Positions 1 to 10,026 are shown, counted from the stretch's first letter. The stretch is DNA of 64,000 bases from Candidatus Omnitrophota bacterium (GCA_016214265.1 JACROU010000049.1:9589-73588); one strand, 5' to 3'. Translations and numbers: made by a program. Notes: generated by a model from the sequence alone, not told the origin.

Positions 1-159
1 CACGATTTTCGTTACAGCCTGAACAGTGAGAAACTTCGCGGGCTTGGTTTCGTGCCTAAAGTTAGTTTTGAGGAAGGACTTTCGCGCACCATCGATTGGT
101 ATCTTAAAAATGATTGGTGGTGGCAGCCTCTCAAAAAAGATGTGTACACGCTGAAATAA
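1..159 (+). CDS. rmlB: dTDP-glucose 4,6-dehydratase, C-terminal fragment (gene starts before the window)
   Basis: Frame 1 reads HDFRYSLNSEKLRGLGFVPKVSFEEGLSRTIDWYLKNDWWWQPLK...*, the typical RmlB C-terminus (HDxRY...TIDWY..N..WW); directly upstream of rmlD. Confidence 0.85.
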   Translation, partial: HDFRYSLNSEKLRGLGFVPKVSFEEGLSRTIDWYLKNDWWWQPLKKDVYTLK

Positions 160-166
160 TTCTGCC

Positions 167-1051
167 ATGAAAATTTTAATTACTGGAATTAGCGGTATGT
201 TGGGCAGTGATTTGGCAAAGGTTCTGTCAGGCTCTCATCTCTTGTTCGGGCTTGGGCGGAAAAAACGGAGTTTCGGCGGCAAAGTCCAGTATGTGAGTTG
301 TGATCTTTTGGATACCGCTCATCTTGAAAAATGCGTCAAGCGGATTAGCCCTGACATAGTTATTCATTCCGCGGCTAAAACCCAGGTGGATGATTGTGAG
401 CTTGATCCCTATGAAGCTTATTTGGGGAATGTGCTGGCGACTCAATTTTTGATCAAAACCGTGAAACCGTATCGGCCGCGTTTCATTTATATCAGCACCG
501 ATTACGTTTTTGACGGAAAAAAACGGGGCCCGTATCTTGAGACAGACGTGCCTGCGCCGCTTAATGTTTACGGTGCTACCAAACTTTTGGGCGAGGATGT
601 TGTTCGCGGTTCCGGTTTGCCGTATGTGATTGTGCGGACCTCCTGGCTTTATGGATTGAACGGGCCCAATTTTGTTGCGACGATTTTAAAAATCAGCCGT
701 GAAAAGAATGTGTTAAAAGTCGTGACGGATCAACAGGGCTGTCCGACGTATACGAAAGATTTAGCAGAAGCGATAGAAAAAATCATTAATGCGAAGAATG
801 TTTTTGGTATCTTCAATGTGACGAATAGCGGTGCAACAAATTGGAATGCTTACGCCAAATTGATTTTGAGCGAATCGGGTGTCAATCACACAAAAGTGCT
901 CAACATTAAAACGAATGATTTGGACCGGCCGGCGCTTAGGCCCCGGAATTCCGTGCTTAGTAATGTCAAATTTGAAAAACGTTTTGGATGTAAAATCAGA
1001 AATTGGCGGCTTGCGCTCCGTGATTATTTGAAGGAGTTTCAGAAAAAATGA
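167..1051 (+). CDS. rmlD: dTDP-4-dehydrorhamnose reductase
   Basis: GISGMLG Rossmann motif, ISTDYVFDG, YGATK catalytic motif, DQQGCPT, RPALRPRNSVL. Confidence 0.93.
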   Translation: MKILITGISGMLGSDLAKVLSGSHLLFGLGRKKRSFGGKVQYVSCDLLDTAHLEKCVKRISPDIVIHSAAKTQVDDCELDPYEAYLGNVLATQFLIKTVKPYRPRFIYISTDYVFDGKKRGPYLETDVPAPLNVYGATKLLGEDVVRGSGLPYVIVRTSWLYGLNGPNFVATILKISREKNVLKVVTDQQGCPTYTKDLAEAIEKIINAKNVFGIFNVTNSGATNWNAYAKLILSESGVNHTKVLNIKTNDLDRPALRPRNSVLSNVKFEKRFGCKIRNWRLALRDYLKEFQKK

Positions 1052-2349
1052 ATATGCTCGAGAAGAAAATTAAAGCGGCTGATGCACGTATCGCAGTCAT
1101 CGGCCTTGGCTATGTTGGGCTGCCGCTTGCGGTCGCTTTTGGTAAAGCCGGATTTCATGTCACTGGCATTGATGTCAGCCCGAAAAAATTGAAAGAAATC
1201 CGCTCCGGAAAAACCCCGGTTATTGGGGTTACGGATCAAGAGCTTAAAGATCTTCAGAAGAAAAAACGGCTTGATGTGATGCCAGAATACTCTGCGCTAA
1301 AAACTGCAGACGTTATTATTATTTGCGTTCCAACACCATTGAGTAAAAGCCTGGATCCGGATATGTCCTTTATTCTGGCGGCAGCGTCAGCGATTGCGGA
1401 TCATCTCAAAAAAGGCCAGCTCATTATTTTGGAAAGTACGACGTATCCCGGAACTACGGAGGAAGTGCTTCAGCCTGAATTTGAGAAGAAAGGATTAGTG
1501 GCCGGACGCGATTTCTTATTGTGCTTTTCTCCTGAGCGTATCGATCCAGGCAATAAGCGATTCGAGTTAAAAGATATTCCTAAAATCGTCGGGGGCGTTA
1601 CTGCGGAATCCTCACGCCTGGGCGTATTGCTTTATCAGCAAATCATTAGTAAGGTAATGCCGGTTTCCTCTCCTCGTGTTGCCGAAATGGCGAAGCTGCT
1701 TGAAAATACGTTTCGCATTGTGAATATTGGGCTGGTCAATGAACTTGCTACTGTTGCCAAAGATTTGAACATTGATATTTGGGAAGTTATTGACGCGGCC
1801 AGTACCAAGCCATTTGGGTTTATGCCTTTTTATCCTGGGCCCGGTATCGGCGGACATTGCATCGGCGTGGACCCGATTTATCTTTCGTGGAAAGCGAAAT
1901 TTCACGGTCGTGAATTGCGGTTCATCGAATTAGCCCGGCAAATGAACTCGGAAATGCCCGAATTTGTTGTCCGCAGGGCGAGTGAAATTCTAAATGACCT
2001 CGGGCTTGCAGTGAAAGGCTCGAAGATTTTAATGCTCGGGATCGCCTACAAAAAAGATATCGAAGATACGCGCGAATCACCAGCGTTCGCTGTTTTGGAA
2101 AGGCTGGCCAAACAGGGGGCCGAAATTATTTATCATGATCCCTATGTGTTGAATGCGCAGTGGAACGGCACGGTAAAATCCTCTTCAAAGCTGAATGCGA
2201 AAACGCTGAAGAGTGCCGACCTGGTTTTAATTACAACCGATCACACCAACATTCCTTACGACATCGTGGTTCAACATTCCAAGGTCATTCTCGACACACG
2301 AAATGTGCTTAAAAAATTTAGTGGACACAAAAATATTGTTCGTCTTTAG
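1048..2349 (+). CDS. Nucleotide-sugar dehydrogenase (UDP-N-acetylhexosamine 6-dehydrogenase, WecC/WbpA family)
   Basis: GLGYVGLP, ICVPTP, ESTTYPGTT, FSPERIDPG, KLLENTFR, GPGIGGHCI (catalytic Cys), DTRESP. Confidence 0.9.
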   Translation: MNMLEKKIKAADARIAVIGLGYVGLPLAVAFGKAGFHVTGIDVSPKKLKEIRSGKTPVIGVTDQELKDLQKKKRLDVMPEYSALKTADVIIICVPTPLSKSLDPDMSFILAAASAIADHLKKGQLIILESTTYPGTTEEVLQPEFEKKGLVAGRDFLLCFSPERIDPGNKRFELKDIPKIVGGVTAESSRLGVLLYQQIISKVMPVSSPRVAEMAKLLENTFRIVNIGLVNELATVAKDLNIDIWEVIDAASTKPFGFMPFYPGPGIGGHCIGVDPIYLSWKAKFHGRELRFIELARQMNSEMPEFVVRRASEILNDLGLAVKGSKILMLGIAYKKDIEDTRESPAFAVLERLAKQGAEIIYHDPYVLNAQWNGTVKSSSKLNAKTLKSADLVLITTDHTNIPYDIVVQHSKVILDTRNVLKKFSGHKNIVRL

Positions 2350-2366
2350 AAAGAGATAGAAAAATC

Positions 2367-3326
2367 ATGGGCTATTATCTTGTCACAGGTGGGGCCGGAT
2401 TTATCGGCTCAAACATCGTGGAAAAATTGGTGAAGCTCGGAAAAAAAGTCCGTGTGCTTGATAATTTTTCGACCGGACTTCGCGAACATCTGGAGCCTTT
2501 CGAAGACAAAATCGATTTAGTCGAAGGGGATATCCGCGATGCGGAAGTGGTGGCGCATGCTGTTCGTGGTGTCGATTACGTATTTCACATTGCGGCCAAT
2601 CGCGCGGTTCTCAAGTCCGTTGAAAATCCCTTCGAGACGCACGAGGTTAATGTTACCGGAACTCTTAATTTGCTGATAGCCTCGAAAGAGGCGAAAGTGA
2701 AGCGCTTTGTGTTTACGTCTTCATCCGCCGTTTACGGCGACACCAAAAAGTTTCCCTCGAGTGAGACGGATGCCATGGCCCCGCAGTCTCCTTATGGTTC
2801 GTCGAAACTGATCGGCGAGGAATACTGCCGTTTGTTCGCGCAATCGTTTGGGTTGGATACTGTGTCGCTCCGTTATTTTAATGTTTACGGGCCTCGGCAA
2901 CATCCGGAATCCAGGTACTCACTCGTGATTCCGATTTTTCTGGATTGTTTGCTCAAAAACAAAAGCCCCGAAATTCATTGGGATGGCAGGCAATCGCGTG
3001 ATTTTGTCTACATTGATGACGTGGTTCAGGGAAATCTGTTGGCTATCCAGGGCCCGGCGAAGGGCGGAGCTGTTTACAATATTTCCACCGGTAAAGAGCT
3101 TTCGATTCTTGAAATTTTTAACGCGATCGCAAAACGTTTAGGAAAAACTCATGTAAAGCCGAAATTCGCTCCGAAGCGCCCCGGTGATGTGCGGCGGACA
3201 CTCGCGGATATTCGAAAAGCTAAAAAAGAATTGGGGTATAAAGTCTCCGTTCAGTTTGAAGAGGGCATTCAGAAATCGATCGATTATTTTATTAAGGATA
3301 GAAAGTTGGAGAGGACTGGAGTATGA
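2367..3326 (+). CDS. NAD-dependent epimerase (UDP-GlcNAc/UDP-glucose 4-epimerase, WbpP-like extended SDR)
   Basis: [44 protein letters not shown]. Confidence 0.88.
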   Translation: MGYYLVTGGAGFIGSNIVEKLVKLGKKVRVLDNFSTGLREHLEPFEDKIDLVEGDIRDAEVVAHAVRGVDYVFHIAANRAVLKSVENPFETHEVNVTGTLNLLIASKEAKVKRFVFTSSSAVYGDTKKFPSSETDAMAPQSPYGSSKLIGEEYCRLFAQSFGLDTVSLRYFNVYGPRQHPESRYSLVIPIFLDCLLKNKSPEIHWDGRQSRDFVYIDDVVQGNLLAIQGPAKGGAVYNISTGKELSILEIFNAIAKRLGKTHVKPKFAPKRPGDVRRTLADIRKAKKELGYKVSVQFEEGIQKSIDYFIKDRKLERTGV

Positions 3327-4285
3327 AGCGGGTTTTAGTCACGGGCGGTGCGGGTTTTATCGGGAGTCATCTGAGTACACTTTTTCTTTCACGCGGATGG
3401 CAAGTTGTTTGTATTGATAATTTTTTGACCGGAAAACCTGAGAATATTGACCACCTGAGGCGCGAAAGAAATTTTCGATTGCTGGAACAGGACGTTTCTA
3501 AATATATTGAGTTTCCAGATTCGGTGGATTTAGTTCTTCATTTTGCGTCTCCGGCCAGCCCATTTGATTATCACCGGTATCCGATTCAAACGCTAAAAGT
3601 CGGGGCGCTCGGAACGCATAATGCGCTTGGACTAGCAAAAGCCAAGCGATCAGGATTTCTTCTGGCCTCCACGTCGGAAGTTTACGGTGATCCGCAAGTT
3701 CATCCGCAGAATGAAGATTATTGGGGGCACGTCAATCCTATTGGCCCTCGCGGCGTTTATGACGAAGCGAAGCGGTTTGCGGAGGCGATGACGCTTGCGT
3801 ATCATCGGACTCACGGAGTTGACACTAAAATCGTCCGGATTTTCAATACGTATGGACCGCGCATGCAACCGAATGACGGCCGTGCGATTCCCGCGTTTAT
3901 AGCGGAGGCGCTGAATGGCGATCCACTCACGGTGTTCGGCAACGGCGCTCAAACGAGAAGTTTTTGTTACGTGGATGATCTGATTGAGGGAATCTATCGC
4001 CTGTCACAAAGTGACTATCACGGTCCTGTGAATATTGGCAATCCAAACGAGATGACCATTTTGCAGCTCGCCGAAAAAATTAAAGAGATCACCAAATCTT
4101 TGAGTCAAATTGTTTTTAAGGAGCTTCCCGTTGATGATCCGAAAATCCGCCGGCCGGATATTGCGCGCGCAAAAACAATTTTGAAATGGGAGCCGAAAGT
4201 CGATTTGACTACGGGCCTCAAACACACAATCGAGTATTTTAAAAAGGTGAAGCAGGAAAAAGGGGTGCTCGAGTGGCAAAAGTAA
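3323..4285 (+). CDS. UDP-glucuronic acid decarboxylase (UDP-xylose synthase) family
   Basis: [66 protein letters not shown]. Confidence 0.9.
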   Translation: MKRVLVTGGAGFIGSHLSTLFLSRGWQVVCIDNFLTGKPENIDHLRRERNFRLLEQDVSKYIEFPDSVDLVLHFASPASPFDYHRYPIQTLKVGALGTHNALGLAKAKRSGFLLASTSEVYGDPQVHPQNEDYWGHVNPIGPRGVYDEAKRFAEAMTLAYHRTHGVDTKIVRIFNTYGPRMQPNDGRAIPAFIAEALNGDPLTVFGNGAQTRSFCYVDDLIEGIYRLSQSDYHGPVNIGNPNEMTILQLAEKIKEITKSLSQIVFKELPVDDPKIRRPDIARAKTILKWEPKVDLTTGLKHTIEYFKKVKQEKGVLEWQK

Positions 4286-5169
4286 TGAATGTGAATGATA
4301 CGGACGTGTTGGATGTCACGATTCTTCTCCCGGCTTATAATGAGGAAGAAGCTATCTTAAAAGTGATTGATGATGTTGAGCGTGCGATGTCAGGCACATC
4401 ATACAAATATGAAATTTTGGTTGTCGACGATGCTTCGAATGATAATACGGTTAAGCGCGCTGAGGAAAAACGGGTTCGTGTGATTCAACGTCCAATCCGC
4501 CAGGGGTCCGGGGCTTCACGTAAAACCGGCATTGTGAATGCGAAAGGGAAGATTATCGTTATGCTCGATGCTGACGGCACGTATACCGCCGCGGATATTC
4601 CGAACCTTCTGGCGTATTTTCCGGATTTTGATCAGGTCAACGGGGCTCGGACCAGCGAGCAGGGCACGATGAAGCTGCTTCGTACGCCCGCAAAATGGCT
4701 AATTCGCCAGTTTGCCTGCTATTTGACGGGAACCAAGATTCCAGATTTGAATACCGGGCTTAAAGCATTCAAAAAAGATATTATGATGAAATATTTGTGG
4801 GTGATGCCCAACGGATTTTCCTGTGTGACCTCGATGACGCTTGCGTTCCTGGTGAATGGCCATCGCGTCAAATACATTCCAACCGAGTATCATTCCCGCA
4901 TCGGAAAGTCGAAATTTCATCCCATTCGTGATGCGGCCAATTACATTAAAACGGTGATTCGCATGGTCATGTATTTTGATCCGCTCAAAGTGTTTTTGCC
5001 GCTTGGGGGTATTCTTTTACTTCTTGGAATTATCAAGTCGATATTCAGCCTTCTGGATACGCACAGTCTGCAGGAATCCGATGTAATTATATTTATGAGT
5101 GCGATTGTGGTTTTCGCGATAGGTTTTCTTGCGGATTTGATTGTTGCCTATCAAAAGCAGGGACGCTGA
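4273..5169 (+). CDS. GT2 glycosyltransferase (polyprenol-phosphate glycosyltransferase-like) with two C-terminal TM helices
   Basis: PAYNEE, VVDDAS, DADG DxD motif, RIGKSK, hydrophobic C-terminal segments. Confidence 0.85.
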   Translation: MAKVMNVNDTDVLDVTILLPAYNEEEAILKVIDDVERAMSGTSYKYEILVVDDASNDNTVKRAEEKRVRVIQRPIRQGSGASRKTGIVNAKGKIIVMLDADGTYTAADIPNLLAYFPDFDQVNGARTSEQGTMKLLRTPAKWLIRQFACYLTGTKIPDLNTGLKAFKKDIMMKYLWVMPNGFSCVTSMTLAFLVNGHRVKYIPTEYHSRIGKSKFHPIRDAANYIKTVIRMVMYFDPLKVFLPLGGILLLLGIIKSIFSLLDTHSLQESDVIIFMSAIVVFAIGFLADLIVAYQKQGR

Positions 5170-5180
5170 ATTACTAAGCT

Positions 5181-6818
5181 ATGAAAGAAAAAGAAGCTGT
5201 TCTTCATTCATCTCTTTCCCAAAAAATGATAGCTGCAAAAGAGTATCTTGCCCGCGAAGCGATGTTGTATATTCCCAAAGTCATTGAGCTTCTCGACAGA
5301 AATCCGATCTCAAAAACTTATGGTTGCTTTGACCGGCAATTTTGGCATTACCGCACTTCTGATTTTCCGAGTGGCATGTATCAGGAATATGTTCTGCCGT
5401 TGGCATTGGTGTATACCTATGAATTTCCCAATAATCCCTATTATCAGGAGCCGCGTCTACGCGAGTGGGTGATTGCCGGCATCGATTTCGCCTCAAAAGC
5501 TGCGCATCCCGATGGTTCCTGTGATGACTATTACCCTTTCGAGAAAGCGCTTGGAGCGGCGGCATTTTCGCTTTACGCCGCAAGTGAGTCTTATCTTGTG
5601 CTTGGACTCGATGAACCGCGACTTTTGGAATTCTTTAAGAAACGCGCTGAATGGTTGATGAGGAGCGGGGAAATCGGACGACTTTCCAACCACCATGCGC
5701 TTGTGGCCCTTTGCTTGTGGAACCTGTGGCTGTTGACCGGCGAACAGAGATTTCAAAAAGCCGCGCAGAAGAAAATTCGCGAGTTGATTTCCTGGCAATC
5801 GAAAGAGGGCTGGTTTCCGGAGTATGAAGGTTGTGATCCGGGATATCTCAGCATTTGCGTTGATTTTCTCGCCAAATTTTATCAGAAATCACAGAATCCG
5901 GAATTGGTGGAGCCCCTGGGGCGGGCTTTTCGGTTTATGACGCATTTTCTGCATCCCGATGGCAGTTACGGCGGAGAATACGGAAGCAGGAACACGTTTC
6001 ACTTTTTTCCCCATGGACTTGAAATTGTCGGTAAGTCTGACTCGGACGCTTGCGCGCTTGTCGATGCGTATCTTGCCGGTGCCGGCCGTGGTTTGCGGGC
6101 TTCAACAGATGATGACCGCATTTTTGGTCATTTGGTGTACAACTATCTTCAGGCCTATTTAGATTTCAACTCCGTCAGACCAAAGGCATTTCAAAGATTT
6201 CAAGGGTCCAGATATTTTCCAGAGTCTGGTCTTTACGTGCGCGAAAACGGTAGCCAATATTTCGTGACGAATGTGAAAAAGGGCGGCGTGTTTAAATATT
6301 TTAGTGAGAAAAAGCTGACGGAATCCGACACGGGAGTGGTGATTAAAACTACGGAAGACCGGGTGGCAGTTTCTCAAATTATATCGAAAAATAAAATCAG
6401 TGTTGAGCGAGATGAGATTTCGGTGTCCGGATTTTTTTATGAGCGGGCGGATCTTCAATTGAAATCAGTTAAGTTTCTGATATTTCGAATATTTCTTCTG
6501 ACTTTCGGCAGGCTTTCGAGGAATCTGACACGATTTCTGCTTCAGCGAAAGATTATTCTCGGAAAGAAAAAAGTGAAGATTAAATTTACCCGCTGCTTTC
6601 GTTTCAATGCTGGGTTTTCAGTAGAAGATATGATTGAAATCTTAAACCCAAAAATTCAAGTTGCTCAGCTTGCGGTCAGTTCTGATCTCACGTCGATTTA
6701 TGTGGCTACCAGCCAGCCGTATCAATCAGGCTGTCTGAAACCTTGGCACTTTTTGAATGACAAGGTGCAAGAGCTGAACCGGAACCGGATAGTGAGTTTT
6801 TCGAGGCAATGGTCATGA
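5181..6818 (+). CDS. Conserved hypothetical protein, probable alpha/alpha-toroid carbohydrate-modifying enzyme (heparinase/epimerase-like)
   Basis: 545 aa ORF embedded in the glycan operon; motifs HPDGS (twice), LSNHHAL, QSKEGWFPEYEGCDPGY, GGEYGSRNT; helical N-terminal and beta-rich C-terminal halves. Confidence 0.55.
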   Translation: MKEKEAVLHSSLSQKMIAAKEYLAREAMLYIPKVIELLDRNPISKTYGCFDRQFWHYRTSDFPSGMYQEYVLPLALVYTYEFPNNPYYQEPRLREWVIAGIDFASKAAHPDGSCDDYYPFEKALGAAAFSLYAASESYLVLGLDEPRLLEFFKKRAEWLMRSGEIGRLSNHHALVALCLWNLWLLTGEQRFQKAAQKKIRELISWQSKEGWFPEYEGCDPGYLSICVDFLAKFYQKSQNPELVEPLGRAFRFMTHFLHPDGSYGGEYGSRNTFHFFPHGLEIVGKSDSDACALVDAYLAGAGRGLRASTDDDRIFGHLVYNYLQAYLDFNSVRPKAFQRFQGSRYFPESGLYVRENGSQYFVTNVKKGGVFKYFSEKKLTESDTGVVIKTTEDRVAVSQIISKNKISVERDEISVSGFFYERADLQLKSVKFLIFRIFLLTFGRLSRNLTRFLLQRKIILGKKKVKIKFTRCFRFNAGFSVEDMIEILNPKIQVAQLAVSSDLTSIYVATSQPYQSGCLKPWHFLNDKVQELNRNRIVSFSRQWS

Positions 6819-7768
6819 TCAAACGTGTGATTGCACTGATTCTTACGGTTCTGGTAGTTTTTGTTCTTATCAAATTGATCAATATTCAGGCATTTTTAGA
6901 GGCTCTTTCGCATCCTCGCTGGCCGGATTTGATTGCAGCCCTTCTTTTTTTTATTCCACTCGTTGGCATTACCGCGTTTCGTTGGCAAATTCTTGTTCAC
7001 AAAAGTTGTCATTGTTCCTTGTGGGAATCTGTCAAGCTGCAGCTTGCCTCGAATACGCTTAATTTAATTCTGCCGTCAAAACTTGGCGATTTATCGAAGG
7101 GCTATTTTTTGCGCAATACTGGCAAGGTGGATTTGTCGCGCGGGATGAATATCGTGATTTTTGAGAAGCTGATTGACCTGTCCAGCCTCGGGATTGTTTA
7201 CTTGACCGGACTTTGTTTTCACGGATATTTTGCGAAAGCCGATTATATCTGCCTTGGGCTCATCGTTTTCTTTATTGTGGCCACAGCGGCGATCTATTTT
7301 ATTCCACTTCGAATCATTCCGGGATACACCGCATTGCTTGCTTGGCTTGAAGGACGGGGAAAGTTATTAAGTAAAATCGGGTATTTCCTGGAGGACGGGC
7401 AAAAACTCATTTTTGCAATTCGTGAAAATAACCTTCAAATTATTTCGATTGTGGCGTTAAGCATTTTACTTTGGTTTTTGCATATGACTCAGGTGTATTT
7501 CTTTTTCCACACTGTTGGGGCGCTTCCAAATTTGATGACCGTTTTTCATTGGGCACCGATGGCAATTTTGGTGGGGCTGATTCCGGTGACGATTTCCGGA
7601 ATCGGGATTCGGGATGGGTCTTTTATGTTTCTTTTCAGAAGTTATGGTTCACAGGCGGTTTTGTTCGCAGCATCTGTTTTGATCACCCTCCGTTACATTA
7701 TTCCAGGCGTACTTGGGCTTTTTTTTATCAATCAGTACTTGGTTCGCAATACCGTTAAGCAAAAATAA
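6809..7768 (+). CDS. Lysylphosphatidylglycerol-synthase TM-domain (UPF0104, flippase-like) membrane protein
   Basis: About 8 hydrophobic segments; FRWQIL, LPSKLGD, EKLID, PVTISGIGIRD family motifs. Confidence 0.8.
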   Translation: MVMIKRVIALILTVLVVFVLIKLINIQAFLEALSHPRWPDLIAALLFFIPLVGITAFRWQILVHKSCHCSLWESVKLQLASNTLNLILPSKLGDLSKGYFLRNTGKVDLSRGMNIVIFEKLIDLSSLGIVYLTGLCFHGYFAKADYICLGLIVFFIVATAAIYFIPLRIIPGYTALLAWLEGRGKLLSKIGYFLEDGQKLIFAIRENNLQIISIVALSILLWFLHMTQVYFFFHTVGALPNLMTVFHWAPMAILVGLIPVTISGIGIRDGSFMFLFRSYGSQAVLFAASVLITLRYIIPGVLGLFFINQYLVRNTVKQK

Positions 7769-7769
7769 A

Positions 7770-8477
7770 ATGACCCCATCTATCACTGTTGTTATCCCAG
7801 CTTATGATGAAGCTTCCAGACTTCCAAACACATTAAAGGAAATCAGAGACTTTTTGAGAGATTCGGGAATGGCTTATGAGGTGATTGTTGTCGATGATGG
7901 AAGCAAAGATGCAACGGTGGAAGTGGCGAAAAGTGAGCTAGCCGGAACTCCTCATTTGGTTCTGATCAACGGAAAAAATAGAGGAAAAGGATGTTGCGTG
8001 CGCAAGGGAATGCTGGCCGCGAGCGGAAAATATATTTTATTTACCGATGCTGATCTCTCGACGCCAATCCGTGAGTTGAATCGCATGATTCCTTATTTGG
8101 AAGATGGCTATGACATTGTGATTGGTTCCCGTGCTGTGCAGGACCCCGTTGTGAAGCGCGATATGGTGTGGTACAGGGAGATTATGGGGAGAACTTATAA
8201 TTTATTCGCACAGCTTATTTTGTTCCCAGGAATTACAGATTCGCAATGTGGGTTTAAATGTTTCAAACATGATGTGGCCCGTGATTTGTTTTCACGTCAA
8301 AAGCTCGAGGGTTTTTCTTTTGATGGGGAAATTCTTTATTTAGCCCGGAAACAAAAATACCGGATTAAAGAGCTTGCCGTTCACTGGTTCCAGGATCCAA
8401 AAAGCAAGGTCAAATTATTCAAAGATTCCATCCGGATGTTTTTCGAATTGATCAAAATTAGATTGTTACACGCTTAA
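7770..8477 (+). CDS. Dolichyl/polyprenyl-phosphate beta-glucosyltransferase-like GT2
   Basis: VVIPAYDEA, VVDDGS, NRGKG, FTDADLSTP, DSQCGFKCF, FSFDGEIL; start moved to ATG 7770, just after the upstream stop. Confidence 0.85.
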   Translation: MTPSITVVIPAYDEASRLPNTLKEIRDFLRDSGMAYEVIVVDDGSKDATVEVAKSELAGTPHLVLINGKNRGKGCCVRKGMLAASGKYILFTDADLSTPIRELNRMIPYLEDGYDIVIGSRAVQDPVVKRDMVWYREIMGRTYNLFAQLILFPGITDSQCGFKCFKHDVARDLFSRQKLEGFSFDGEILYLARKQKYRIKELAVHWFQDPKSKVKLFKDSIRMFFELIKIRLLHA

Positions 8478-8480
8478 TTG

Positions 8481-9212
8481 TTAAGCAGTGGGGGAGTACT
8501 TTTTTGAGGAGCGGTAGCGCCAGAATGTGAGCGCTTCCCAAAGTGCAAATCCCATAATCCGCATGTTGACGGAAGATTTTCCCCAATGCCGGCCCCGGTG
8601 ATTGGAGGGGATTTCTTTGATTTTGAAATTCAGATCATGAGCTTTGATGATGATTTCCGGCAAAACAAATAGAGATTTTGAGCGCAAATTGATTTTGTTG
8701 AGTACATCACGCGACCAGGCCTGTGACCAGTTGTAATCATTGATGCGCAATTTAAACAGGAAGTTCAACAGAAAGATGTAAATAATAGACAGGAAAAACC
8801 GGAATAATTTGTATGCATTTCTCTGCCATCGGACGCCTAAAACGACGTCGGCACCCTCCACGCCATGATCGAGCAGGTTGACAAAATTGGGGATTTCAGT
8901 GCTGTCAAATTCTTCATCGGCGCCGATATACATTACGAATTTTCCGGTAGATTTGGCGATGCCGTCTTTTAGCGAGCGTGTATAGCCTTGATTATTCCCA
9001 TGAATCAGGAGCTGGGTTCGCGGATACTTTTTGACTTCTTCCTGAATTATTTTGAGGGTGCCGTCTTTGCTGCCGTCCTCAACGATAATAACCTCGGAAT
9101 TCCATTGGGGATTGGCCTCTGTCACACGGTGCAGGTTGCGGAGCATGTTGGCAATATTCTGCTCTTCGTTATAAACAGGGATAATGAAACTGATCAGGGG
9201 TTCGGTATTCAT
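8481..9212 (-). CDS. GT2 glycosyltransferase (DPM1-like)
   Basis: IIPVYNEE, VEDGSKDGT, GADEE (variant DxD), RHWGKS; likely start ATG at 9212. Confidence 0.8.
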   Translation of the reverse strand: MNTEPLISFIIPVYNEEQNIANMLRNLHRVTEANPQWNSEVIIVEDGSKDGTLKIIQEEVKKYPRTQLLIHGNNQGYTRSLKDGIAKSTGKFVMYIGADEEFDSTEIPNFVNLLDHGVEGADVVLGVRWQRNAYKLFRFFLSIIYIFLLNFLFKLRINDYNWSQAWSRDVLNKINLRSKSLFVLPEIIIKAHDLNFKIKEIPSNHRGRHWGKSSVNMRIMGFALWEALTFWRYRSSKKYSPTA

Positions 9213-9246
9213 CGGGGCGAGATGATAGCAAAATGAAAGCATTAAT

Positions 9247-9273
9247 TAAACCCTCATTTTTTCATGCCGATAA
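9247..9273 (+). promoter_or_regulatory. Sigma-28 (FliA/WhiG-type) promoter
   Basis: TAAA(9247-50)-N15-GCCGATAA(9266-73), an exact consensus match in an intergenic region; second GCCGATAA at 9305-9312. Confidence 0.6.
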
Positions 9274-9359
9274 TATATAAGCCAATCGGGCATTGCTTTC
9301 AAAAGCCGATAACGTCAAGTATACTAATATGTAGTGAATAGCTTCCTCCTGGAGGAAAT

Positions 9360-9911
9360 ATGCCTCAATATCAGCAAAAGCGACAAATAAAAACGCTTCT
9401 AATTGATCCACAAATGCAGAAAGAATATACGCTGCTTTTGGTAGTGCTCATTATTGTTGCTGCTATTGTCATTTCATTTATTGTTAATTGGACCATTCGT
9501 GAATCGATGACCGGGGCGTATCGTCTTGGCAAGGTAAGTCCTTATGAAGTTATGTCGACCATTAATTATTTGCTTACCGTGCGGATTACGATTACTCTTT
9601 TGTGTACAATTTTTATCGCTGGATTCTTAAGTATAAAGTTCTTGCATCGGGTCGGCGGCCCGATTTACCGTTTTCGAATCACGTTAAAACAAATAGCCAA
9701 TGGACAAATACCCAATGATATTCATCTTCGCCGCAATGACTTCTATAAAGATGTTGCTGAAGAGATGAACAAGGTTCTGGCGCAGCTCAGAAATAAACAT
9801 GAAAACGCTAACAAGCTGGTAGCCGAATTGGAACGCATTCCCAAAAGCAGTCTTCCACCGGAAGTTTCTCAGAATCTTTCACAAATGATCTTGGAATTAA
9901 AGAAGATTTAG
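9360..9911 (+). CDS. Two-TM + HAMP-like membrane protein with no output domain
   Basis: Two hydrophobic helices, then HRVGGPIYRF...IANG...IHLRRNDFYKDVAEEMN HAMP-like segment and a short coiled coil; GGAGG SD. Confidence 0.65.
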   Translation: MPQYQQKRQIKTLLIDPQMQKEYTLLLVVLIIVAAIVISFIVNWTIRESMTGAYRLGKVSPYEVMSTINYLLTVRITITLLCTIFIAGFLSIKFLHRVGGPIYRFRITLKQIANGQIPNDIHLRRNDFYKDVAEEMNKVLAQLRNKHENANKLVAELERIPKSSLPPEVSQNLSQMILELKKI

Positions 9912-9916
9912 GAGCC

Positions 9917-9944
9917 TTGACAAGGCGAGAAATCGTCCTATAAT
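9917..9944 (+). promoter_or_regulatory. Sigma-70 promoter of the nusA-infB operon
   Basis: TTGACA(9917-22)-N16-TATAAT(9939-44), perfect hexamers. Confidence 0.8.
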
Positions 9945-9974
9945 CACTTCTTGTCACTCAATTTTGAAAGGACC

Positions 9975-10011
9975 AAAGAGTGGGCCGTTAATCGGCCCAC
10001 TTTTTATTTTT
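9975..10011 (+). promoter_or_regulatory. rimP-leader-like terminator/attenuator hairpin in the nusA 5' UTR
   Basis: AAAGAGTGGGCCG-TTAAT-CGGCCCACTTTTTATTTTT between promoter and nusA start; GAGTGGG...CCCAC-T-run is the form of the conserved rimP-nusA-infB leader. Confidence 0.7.
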
Positions 10012-10026
10012 GGGTAAATCAACAAT

